From assembly GCA_000004985.1 (NCBI GenBank), contig GG738882.1: DNA of 64,000 nucleotides; one strand, given 5' to 3'. Below are positions 1 to 9,188 of this stretch, piece by piece. The notes beneath the pieces were generated by a model that was not told where the DNA came from, did no database searches, and was given only the letters and a program-made list of their open reading frames with translations. The DNA comes from Naegleria gruberi. Its lineage: Eukaryota. How positions within the stretch are numbered: the first letter of the stretch is position 1; each line of letters begins with the position of its first letter. Both the position numbers and the translations under genes were made by a program.

Positions 1-52
1 GTATTTCACTCTCGTACGAAGACATTTAACATTTATCAGAGACTTGGACGAA

Positions 53-769
53 ATGAAATCAAGAGAATTTTTTAACAAGCATTTCCAAGTCAGCTCTTCA
101 ATAGAGGAATATAATAATTCCAAAAAACAACTTCAAATAGGAGTTACAACAGGTTTGCTAAATTATACGAATCTTACAAAAAATCCCTCATCACATGATG
201 ATTCTGAGATTTACATTCCTAGAGATGCTATTTCTGAATTTAAGAAATTGGGAAGTAATTATTCATTGATAGGGGTGGTTGACTTTACAAAATTCTCCAC
301 CTTCATTTCATGCCGCTTATTCCCAAAGAGTGGACTATTATATTGCTTTGGAGATTTCACTTCAGGTCAAGGTGAATTTCTCTACTTTGAAAATTATTCT
401 TTCGAATCTGATGATGTTATTATATTTGAAACTAATGACGATACATTTACAGAACCAGAACCAGTGAATCCATTCCAGGTCTGTAATGAACAAGTTGTGG
501 TCAATCAGTCAAATTGTTGCCCACTCTTTTATTTACAACAGGCAGAGGGAGAATTGTCAGGTATTTCATATTTGGCTCCAAGTGTTTTTTTCAACAACAC
601 TGCACATGAAGAAAGGGGTGAATCCTATCAAGAGGACAATATTGTACTACTTTCAGCAACATTTAATGTGGGAAAAACTATTTCAGTTTTTATTTCTAGA
701 GATGATTTAATCTTACGAAAGTTCAGTAATGCAAAACTTGATATTTGTGCAATCAATATTTATTATTGA
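53..769 (+). CDS. hypothetical protein (no recognisable domain)
   Basis: Open frame 44..769; first ATG at 53 (the ORF-track start at 44 is TTG). No conserved motif recognised. Overlaps the next ORF in another frame. Confidence 0.3.
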   Translation: MKSREFFNKHFQVSSSIEEYNNSKKQLQIGVTTGLLNYTNLTKNPSSHDDSEIYIPRDAISEFKKLGSNYSLIGVVDFTKFSTFISCRLFPKSGLLYCFGDFTSGQGEFLYFENYSFESDDVIIFETNDDTFTEPEPVNPFQVCNEQVVVNQSNCCPLFYLQQAEGELSGISYLAPSVFFNNTAHEERGESYQEDNIVLLSATFNVGKTISVFISRDDLILRKFSNAKLDICAINIYY

Positions 770-842
770 AAAGGAGAATGAGGAGGAACAATGTGTGAAC
801 TTTAGAACTAATCAAAACATATCATTGAAAATTCATCAGAAA

Positions 843-1442
843 AAAATGTTAGGACGTTTAAGAAACTATGGGCCAACATTCCCAGAGCTAGAAAAAGATT
901 TATCCACTTGTTTTGTTCATGATTTTGGCGACATGATCACTGTTAATGAAATTAGAGTTGGTGGAAAGACAATTTCCGATCGATATGAAATTCTCTCCCA
1001 TATTATTGATCACAGAAATGGGTGGTCACAGGATGGGAAAAGTACCGATGATATTGTTAAACAAGTTGCCTATGATTTTGTAAAGATGGAATATGGTATT
1101 AATAATCTATTGGATAAACCGTGGACAAGTGAAGAAATTTCTAAAGCAACCAAGAATGAAAAAACCATGTCGTTTAGTCTTCTCAGTTCTGTACCTGTTG
1201 AAGAACCTGAGCCATCAACTGCTATCTATCATCCATTGGAGAAGAGTATTATTGAATATAATGGAGACAAAGTTGTTAGAATTGCTTATTGGAGTAAACG
1301 TAAGAGTGGTGATGGACCTCGTGGAGGGCCTCCTTTTACAACAAAGTTTATAAGAGTTAAACATGAATTTTATGTAAAGAATGGAAAGAGAGTTAATGTT
1401 GGAGAATCTCCTGCAACTTGCCAACATTTTATATTGGCATAA
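843..1442 (+). CDS. hypothetical protein (frame open from 729; first ATG about 843)
   Basis: 237-codon open frame 729..1442 starting at TTG; first in-frame ATG gives MLGRLRNYG... No domain recognised. May be one gene with 53..769 if a frameshift or intron was missed. Confidence 0.25.
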   Translation, partial: KMLGRLRNYGPTFPELEKDLSTCFVHDFGDMITVNEIRVGGKTISDRYEILSHIIDHRNGWSQDGKSTDDIVKQVAYDFVKMEYGINNLLDKPWTSEEISKATKNEKTMSFSLLSSVPVEEPEPSTAIYHPLEKSIIEYNGDKVVRIAYWSKRKSGDGPRGGPPFTTKFIRVKHEFYVKNGKRVNVGESPATCQHFILA

Positions 1443-1523
1443 TTAACATATATACATAAGATTACTTTTTTTTATTGAATGAAATAAAGCAAATTGAAGA
1501 TAATATACAATTTATTAAGGTAT

Positions 1524-3655
1524 TTAAAAGTTTTCCTTGTGGAAAACAAATTGAACAGTTGAGTTCTTGCTCTTATCAACAGCGTACGAGTACACCTGCT
1601 TTGAAAGACCTCCTGGCCCACAAACAAAGACACCCACATTTGGTTTCTTAGCTCCTGAACTATTCTTTTCAACATATCTTCTAATATCTGAGAATTCAGC
1701 ATCCCAATTAGGTCTACCAAAGTTTCTCTTTGAAGAGTCAGCCATCTTTGTCACATGGTCAACCTTGACAACAAAATTGCCAGGGAAGAGACCTGTTTGT
1801 TTGGTTGTAGTGTTGGTACCAGTCCACCAACCAGATTCATCTTGTTCAGATACAACAACGATATCATTTCTATCCAAACTAATTTCATCTGAGCTTTGAG
1901 CATCATATTTGTGCAAAGCACGAACCATAAAATCAACCTTACCAGATTGTTGAACATTACCAGCAGTGTTTGATTGAGTTTGATATTCAGAGGAAGTAAA
2001 CATAATCTTTTTAACATCATCTGCCTTAAGCATACCTGTCATGTATGTGTGAATATCAAAGAATTCTGGATTTTCAGTTTCAAGTTGATTCAAAATATCA
2101 GAGAACCATTCCCAACTTCCTTCATCACGATTAATCCAGTAGAAACTAGCACGACGAATCTTGAGAGGAGGAGCTTGCCCAGAAGCAGCAGCATCCAATC
2201 TAAATTTGAAATGTTTTAAAAGTGAACTGTATGGAGTAACACCAATACCAGCAGCAATCAACATGACATATTCAAAATCGAAACAATATTCAGCACAAGT
2301 ACCAAATGGACCATCAACACGAATTAAATAATCAGTTCCATCAGGAGTAGTTGGTTTGTTAATTTCAACTGTTGGTCTTTGAGCTGGATTGAAAACATCC
2401 ATCAAAGTATTGGTCCAATCACCAACACATCTAATGTGGAATTGTAAGAATTCTTCCTCAGGAGCAGAAGAAATAGTGAAAGGATGCCATTCGTGTTGAG
2501 AAATCATTGGACAATTCAAGAAACAATATTGACCTGATTCATATCTGAAACTTGGCTTTTCCAATTCCAAGTGAATAACACGTGATGCCAAACAGTGAAC
2601 ACGTTTAACAATGGTCATTTCAGAACCACGCAAATTTCTCATAACTCTTTCAAGAGCATACAATGCCTATGTAAGATCAGTTTCGTATAAAATCAAATTA
2701 TTAGAAACTTACCATTGGAATAAAGAACCAAGCCCAAAATTGCTTTCCATGAACCAACAACAATACGAAAAATACCACAAACAAGTGATGAGCATACCAA
2801 AAGACTGTAAAATTCTTTGTACGACGATAGGACTTGGCAGAGGCAGCATACATGACTAATTAAAATATATTAAACTAAACATTAAATAATATTACTAAAC
2901 ACATACTAAACATGACAATGCAGAGAACATTTCCTGTAGTTCCGTATTTGTTCCACCAACAAGCTTCCAAAGGAGTTCTAGCACTATTATATAATTGCCA
3001 ACAACAAGCATAATTGAGATAGTGTCCTAATGTGTGACCAATTACACATACTACAATCCTATATATTATTATTATGTTATTATATTATTATTATCATTAA
3101 ATATTGATACATTTCATCGTTTTTTTTGTGTATCATCATCATGAGATTCGAATAAAATTTCAACCATCACATCATTAAAAACTAAACTAAACTAAACAAT
3201 AAAACATACCAATAGGCCAAATAACGATGAAAAACCAAATTCTTATCTAATGGGAAAATCGAACCAAATTTCAAACTTCTAAAAACATTCAACAATGTTC
3301 TCATAGTTGGTAAAATCAATAGGGCACAATTAAAATTCAACAATTGGCCGAAACCTCTCGCCAAAGCCACATAGAAAGGAACCACCGTAACACCAGTAAT
3401 ATTAACCAACAGAAGAGCATAATAATATCTGACGAAAGCTTCTGTGAAAAGGAATAGATTCAAAATGACCCAAATTAAAACAACCACTAGTTTTTGACCC
3501 TCTGCTGACCAATAATTCATAAATTCATGTCGATTGGTGAAACGTTTCTTCCACTTGAGAAGGAATTTACGAACGGACGAAATAGATTCGGATGAGAAAC
3601 CATTGGCGAAACAGCCGTAAAAGAAGAAATCACAACAATTGCTAAGAGCACCCAT
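1524..3655 (-). CDS. NADPH oxidase (NOX1-4 type, no EF-hands) with an SH3-like domain inserted in the dehydrogenase domain
   Basis: Four-exon minus-strand model: 3210..3655, 2907..3058, 2713..2855, 1524..2666. Donors TG|GTATGT, A|GTATGT, ATG|GTAAGT; introns 151, 51 and 46 nt. Spliced CDS 1884 nt = 627 aa, in frame throughout. Exons 2 and 3 encode the ferric-reductase TM helices with paired His (VIGHTLGHYLN, WYAHHLFVVFF). Exon 4 has the FAD motif HPFT, the NADPH motifs GIGVTP and VFVCGPGGL, and a C-terminus FHKENF as in NOX2. Between the NADPH motifs lies ALHKYDAQSSDEISLDRNDIVVVSEQDESGWWTGTNTTTKQTGLFPGNFVVKV, which fits the SH3 consensus (ALYDY, WW.G, G.FP.N.V). Confidence 0.85.
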
Positions 3656-4032
3656 CTTTTGTTTGTTTGGGTGTTGTGGAAATTTGTTGTTTGGTTTTTT
3701 TTTGTGATGATTTGATGAGTGACATTTAATAGCCTTGTCTTTCTACTTGATAAATCAGGTGAAATTTTTCCTTGACATTGAAAGAGAGGTGAGACAATCG
3801 TTTCCCTTTCTTCCTTTTAGACATGGATCATTTATGTTTGTATACTTTGTAACATTGGTTTGATTATCCAACCTTATTGTAATGTTAACTTGTAAACTAT
3901 TCGAAATGAATAGATATTTTGTTGACTCTTCTTATTTGTTCAAGTTTCTTTTAAAGACAAAAAAGTAGTTCGGTTTCTGATACTTCAAAACTGTACATAT
4001 CCAATTTTTAACAATCGAAACTAAACGAAACT

Positions 4033-5202
4033 TTATTGATGTAATTTACATCCAGGACACCTCTTTGGTCTATCCATTCCATGATAAATATCAGGTCGAG
4101 GTGCACCTGCAATCTTTAAAAACCCAACAGCTCCCTTCTCTATTCGAAAGATAGCATGATCCACAAATGAATAAGTTCCTGGCACAATTGCCTCAAACTC
4201 AATCATTGTTGCACCACCTGGTGGAACTTGTGTCACTTGTACATTTCTCTCTGGAGGACTCACTAAATCTCCCTCTCTGAAAACCTTATCAAAAATTGCA
4301 CCAATGACATGAAATGAGGAGGAAAGATTTGGACCTGCATTTCCAAAGTAGAATCGAATACGTTCTCCAGTGTTGGCAAGGAGAGGAGTATCAATGAGAG
4401 AACCTTCTCTTCCATTAAAGACGACATAGGTTGGTTTCTCATCTAATCCATTGGCATACGAATGTTCCATTAATTTTGGATCATCATCTGATGGTTCACA
4501 ATAGAATTCACTTTGCATGACATAGAATTCCTTATCTACTTTTGGCAATCCCTCTTCTGGTTCAACTAACATTAATCCATACATGCCATTACTTATGTGT
4601 GAAGGTACTGGACCTGCAGCACAGTGATAGATAAATAAACCTGAAGTTAATAATTTGAAAAATCCTGTTTTTTCTTCATCTTTTTCTGCCAATAACATTT
4701 CTGCACCTCCTCCTGGTCCTGTCACACAGTGAAAATCAATATTGTGAGCCATACCGGTTTCGTCCAAGTTTAGGTAATTGACTTGCATGACATCTCCAAC
4801 TCTTGCTCTGATAAATGGTCCAGGAACTGTTCCATTAAATGTCCAATATGGATACTTGTACTGTTTGCTGATTGGCTTCACTTCAATTGTGGTATCTAGA
4901 TTAACAACTAATTGAACTGGATAATCACGGTCAATTGGTGGAGGAATTCCAGGAGCTTTTGTTAAAATTGCTTCAACAACTGGCAACTCCAAATTTAATT
5001 CAGGAGCTTTCTTGAATTTCTTCATCATATTTTCAGGAAACAAACTATGTTTCTTTGGTGTTTCTTGTGCTTCAAGTAAACTATCACATTGGTATTTGTA
5101 GTATTGATAAACACCTGTGCCAACAGCACAGGTTAGACCTAGGGATAACACAATGTCAAAAGTCTTTGGTTTGACAGTTCTTAGTCTGTGGAACAGTTTC
5201 AT
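4033..5202 (-). CDS. nirK: copper-containing nitrite reductase (NirK family, two-domain cupredoxin), N-terminally membrane-anchored
   Basis: Single 389-aa ORF. Cu-ligand motifs HNIDFH and YHCAAGPVPSHISNGMYG (type-1 Cys/His/Met and type-2 His). N-terminal basic segment followed by one hydrophobic helix (FDIVLSLGLTCAVGTGVY). C-terminal RCPGCKLHQ. Confidence 0.85.
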   Translation of the reverse strand: MKLFHRLRTVKPKTFDIVLSLGLTCAVGTGVYQYYKYQCDSLLEAQETPKKHSLFPENMMKKFKKAPELNLELPVVEAILTKAPGIPPPIDRDYPVQLVVNLDTTIEVKPISKQYKYPYWTFNGTVPGPFIRARVGDVMQVNYLNLDETGMAHNIDFHCVTGPGGGAEMLLAEKDEEKTGFFKLLTSGLFIYHCAAGPVPSHISNGMYGLMLVEPEEGLPKVDKEFYVMQSEFYCEPSDDDPKLMEHSYANGLDEKPTYVVFNGREGSLIDTPLLANTGERIRFYFGNAGPNLSSSFHVIGAIFDKVFREGDLVSPPERNVQVTQVPPGGATMIEFEAIVPGTYSFVDHAIFRIEKGAVGFLKIAGAPRPDIYHGMDRPKRCPGCKLHQ

Positions 5203-5764
5203 TAGTGTTGTATTGTTATTTTTTAATTGAAATGTTGAATAAAACTTTTTTTATGATTCTTTGATTTCCATTTGTCCTCTAACATAATCCCATTAGTACA
5301 GAGAACGGCTGTTTTTTAAAATATATAAAAAAGGTTCTGAGCGATGGATTATGATTTATTGGATTATGAGTTGAGTACTTAGAAGTATTTGGATAATTGG
5401 ATGCTGCTTATTGTTAAGTTCAGTTTAATTTTTGATTAATTTGAATTCAAAAAATTGGCCAAGTCTCCAGGGAATCTATCTCGTTGGATTCTGGTGTTGT
5501 TGGCATGTTGTTTATTCAATTCAATGACAAACTGTATGGGGTTCACATAAAAAATTCCCAGAGATGGGTTGAGCTTTGCTTAATTGCTTGTGCATGTAAT
5601 GAATAGTTACTGAAACTCAATTACAAACCCTTGAACCATTAATGAACGAGATTAGTTTCTTGAATAGTGTTCCCAATACGTTAAATCAAGCCTTTTCTAA
5701 TGAACGGACAGAAAGAAAAATAATAGTATGACATTAAAAACTGGGTGTGATAAATTTGTTTTAG

Positions 5765-5776
5765 AAAAAGTTAAAA
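5765..5776 (-). terminator. RNA polymerase III terminator T-tracts downstream of tRNA-Phe
   Basis: On the minus strand the tRNA is followed by ATAATTTTAACTTTTTC, i.e. T4 and T5 runs within 15 nt of the 3' end. Confidence 0.5.
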
Positions 5777-5779
5777 TTA

Positions 5780-5852
5780 TGCCGACACCAGGGATCGAAC
5801 CAGGGACCTTAAGATCTTCAGTCTTACGCTCTCCCAACTGAGCTATGTCGGC
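5780..5852 (-). tRNA. tRNA-Phe (anticodon GAA)
   Basis: Reverse complement GCCGACATAGCTCAGTTGGGAGAGCGTAAGACTGAAGATCTTAAGGTCCCTGGTTCGATCCCTGGTGTCGGC plus discriminator A. Perfect 7-bp acceptor stem, A box TAGCTCAGTTGG, B box GGTTCGATCC, anticodon loop CTGAAGA. Confidence 0.9.
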
Positions 5853-6003
5853 TTATTGAACATTGTATTTAGGACAAAATGATGATTCATATGATTCATA
5901 TACCATTTCTTCCGCAATAAAGCCGATTTATGCCTATTCAATCAAAATTCCTCATATTCGAAGTTGGTTTCCGATTAATTGATTTTAAAATCAACAATAA
6001 AAA

Positions 6004-6894
6004 ATGTTAACTTCCATTCAAGCCACATTCAAATCCCTTCCTAACAAATCTATCCGAGTAAGCAAAAACTGCTCTGTTTTGCCAAACTTTACCCAACATA
6101 AATTGTATAATTACTCTACAAGTAGCTTTGATCCTTTTGAAGGAAAAACCGAAGGATTAAACAAGATTGATTTTATTGATGTGTTGCCATCACAAGTTAC
6201 ATCATCTAATAGAACACTTCTTCCTCAAGATATGATAGCAGTGAATGAACAAAATGTTGGTGACTCATATTATAAACAAAATATTAGACAAAATGCCTTG
6301 TTGTGGAGAAAAAACATCAAGAAATTGAGAAGGGTTGACCTCGGACCAATCGGATCGGCCACCTTTGAGAATTATGACATTAATTGGTATGTAAATTAGC
6401 AAATTAATATTCTAATAATTTTTAAATTGATATATTTAAATAGGATTCAATGTCATGAAATGGTTCTAGTTGAAAAGGGATTAAATAGTCAATTTGTGGA
6501 CGAAGGTAAAGCTTATGATCCACTCATTCCAAAAGGAAAGGATATTACTATTACATTTATGTTTGAAATTGAAAATGAAGTTATTAGAAGAGCCACCCTT
6601 AAAAAGTTTGGTGATATTGAAAATAATTTCAAAATTCAAGTTTGTAAAAAGGCAACTGGTGAAATAATTTATACAAATTCTTGTGTTCCAACTGAAGAGG
6701 GAAGAACTACAAATTCTGGAATGACATCTGCTGTTCACTTTTTTACAGTTCCTTTCTCACAAGAGCAAATTGACTTTTTGAGAAATAATACAGATTCTAT
6801 TCGGATGAAGTTAACTGTTGATGATGAAAGATATCCTCATACTACTGTACTCAGTCCAGCACTTGTAACGGAATTGCTTAAAGAATTTGATTAA
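6004..6894 (+). CDS. hypothetical protein, two exons
   Basis: Exons 6004..6386 and 6444..6894 joined by a 57-nt intron (TG|GTATGT ... TTAAATAG|G). Splice joins ...ENYDINW to IQCHEMVLVEKG... in frame; CDS 834 nt = 277 aa. No domain recognised. Confidence 0.6.
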
Positions 6895-6895
6895 A

Positions 6896-7567
6896 TTAAT
6901 CCAAATCTTCACTATCAGTATCCTCATCTCCCTCTTCTTCACCTTTAAATGATTCAACTAATTGTTCATGCATATTTGAATATTCAATCACATCTTTTGG
7001 ATCTTCTGCAGATTCCCCTTTCAACCAGCAAAACATATAAACAATGGAAAGTAAGGAAAATGCAAACCCTGAAATTATTCCAATTCCAACTGCATAACAA
7101 GGTATTGCAAGAATAAAGTAAATTCCTCCTCTGAATAGATAATTACACCAAATCTTACTCACTCCTGGAATTTCTCTATAACAAGGACAAGGAAACTCAA
7201 AAGCAAATAGACAAGCTCCAATTATAATACAATAAATTCCCATATACCATCTTTCTTCCGACAGTAATTTCAATACAGCAATGATTCCACATAGAACATT
7301 CACTTGAGTGGTAATAAGTGATCAAAAGGGAGAGATCTATTCAACCTACATATTGCAACAATGGCCCCAGCAATAAATAAGAATTTACCAAACTTTGGTA
7401 TGGCCCCAAGTTTGTTCTGTATAAACTTCTTTGCGAGCTTAAACTTTGTTGCGTTTGATACTGGCAAGGCTATTTATTACATCAATACAACACAAGCATC
7501 ATGATCACACCTTAGTCACATTTTCAACAAGGCTTTGAGAAAACTCACCAGAAGCTATTGAGAGCAT
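6896..7567 (-). CDS. small polytopic membrane protein with acidic C-terminal tail, three exons
   Basis: Exons 7549..7567 (ATGCTCTCAATAGCTTCTG|GTGAGT), 7389..7469 and 6896..7302. Introns 79 and 86 nt (GTGAGT and GTAAAT donors). CDS 507 nt = 168 aa. The ORF-track start at 7303 is GTG and not real. About three predicted TM helices, then EEEGDEDTDSEDLD. Confidence 0.5.
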
Positions 7568-7626
7568 TTTATTTAAAAATACCACAAAAAAAACTCAACA
7601 CACTACCACACAGAGAATCAGACGAT

Positions 7627-8614
7627 ATGAATCACGTTACTGCTCATTACAAGCCTTTATTGGATCAAATTAATGAATTGGAAAATTCGAGAAGGCTTCA
7701 GGAATGCAAGCTGGTGGAAGAGAGGACAAGACACGCTAAGACTCTTAAGGAATTGGAGGAATGTAAGTATCGATGATTGTCAACAGATTTCTCAAAGGCT
7801 AACTTTTTCAGTCAACTTGAAGCATCAAAAGCTGCTCGCTAATGAAACATTATTGAAGGAAAAGATTACTCATTTGGAAGCTGATTTGATGCATGAAATC
7901 AAGACTGGTGAACAACTCAAGCAATCTGCCAAATACTGCAAGCAAGAGGAGGAGGTTTTTCAAACTCATTTGGCAAGATTTGAGGTGGAAAGTAATCAAG
8001 TAATGTAAGTTGAGAATATTAATTGTATAACCTAGTTGTGATGAAAAGTTGTGATTTGAAAAAGGAACTTGAGGATGCAGAGAAGAACTTTGAGAAGGCT
8101 TGTGAAATGTGGAACAATCGACAAAATGTTAGAGAAATGCAAATGTTGAAATCTCAAGTTGAAGAATATGAAGGAAGTAAGTAGTCAATGTTCAATAGTG
8201 ATAATTGTTTCAGGACTAAGGGCTGATGAGAGTGTGTATGAGGAAAAATTGAAGAGAATTAAAAGTTTGGAGGCTCAAATCAAGATGAAGAAGGAGCAAT
8301 CGAATGAGATGGACTCTTTCATCAAGTCTTTAGATGACAAAATTGCACAGATGCGTAATGATATCGAGAAGGCGAAGGGAAATTGTTCATTGGTAAATGA
8401 TGTTATTTCTACTGAACAGGCAGAGTTGGCCATTCAACAATTTATAACTGAGAGCACTCAACTTCAAAAAAATCTTGAAGATATCCAAAACTACAACCAA
8501 ATTACAAGAGAGGATATCGAGCACCACGAAAGAATGCAAGAAACCATCCTTCAGCTCATAGAATCAAAAATTTGTGAAGCTTGTTATCAACTTGAAAACT
8601 CAATGATAGATTAA
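7627..8614 (+). CDS. coiled-coil protein, four exons
   Basis: Exons 7627..7762, 7812..8004, 8049..8176 and 8214..8614. All donors GTAAGT; introns 49, 44 and 37 nt; CDS 858 nt = 285 aa. Heptad-rich sequence throughout; no specific family recognised. Confidence 0.6.
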
Positions 8615-9004
8615 TTTATTGAGCTAATAAATCTTTGAGATGAATATCAAATTCAATTAATAACAGAGTGGGATAGCTCCAAATCTGACGGACAGTGCAA
8701 TGTCTTATTGAAGCCAGCCAAAGTGTGCAATTAAGCACTACTCTGAACCCAACAAAAAATTGAGATAATAGTATTGCACCCCGTAGGATGCTTTCAGCTA
8801 TTACACTGAAAAGAACTGATACTACACTCGATCAAAGCCAATTGGCGAGAAAGATACTATGAAGAATTGAGAAAAGCACAGAGTATAAATAGTGCTGTTG
8901 TTATAAAGATAGGAATGTAGGTTCTTGTGGTATTGTTTTATTTTGATGAGTTTACCAATTGCTTGAACATGCAGCAAGAGGACAAAAATTCTGTTAAAAA
9001 AGCT

Positions 9005-9010
9005 AAAAAA
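9005..9010 (-). terminator. RNA polymerase III terminator T6 downstream of tRNA-Arg
   Basis: TTTTTT starts 6 nt after the discriminator; a second T5 lies 4 nt further on. Confidence 0.5.
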
Positions 9011-9015
9011 TTAGA

Positions 9016-9089
9016 TACCGACAATGGGGCTCGAACCCACGACCCCAGGATTAGAAGTCCTGTGCTCTATCCAACTGAGCTATGACGGC
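9016..9089 (-). tRNA. tRNA-Arg (anticodon UCU), one acceptor-stem mismatch
   Basis: Reverse complement GCCGTCATAGCTCAGTTGGATAGAGCACAGGACTTCTAATCCTGGGGTCGTGGGTTCGAGCCCCATTGTCGGT plus A. A and B boxes present, anticodon loop CTTCTAA. Acceptor pairs 1-72 G-U and 5-68 U-U. Followed on the minus strand by T6 (9005..9010) and T5. Confidence 0.7.
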
Positions 9090-9188
9090 TTACATCGGTT
9101 TTCTCAACATTACAATTAACAACTTGAATGTACATGGATACTCAAGGAATACCTTATTTCTTTCCAATTATTCAATTTTTAATCACAT

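Noticed and set aside
44-1442. Two overlapping ORFs (44..769, 729..1442) considered as one gene split by an intron
   Set aside because: No GT...AG pair of plausible length fits the 40-nt overlap. Kept as two low-confidence hypothetical CDSs; a single-base indel cannot be excluded.
6896-7567. Small 3-4 TM protein 3 kb from the NADPH oxidase, considered as a possible p22phox-like partner
   Set aside because: No sequence similarity to p22phox: no conserved His, and no proline-rich tail (the tail is acidic). Proximity alone is not evidence.
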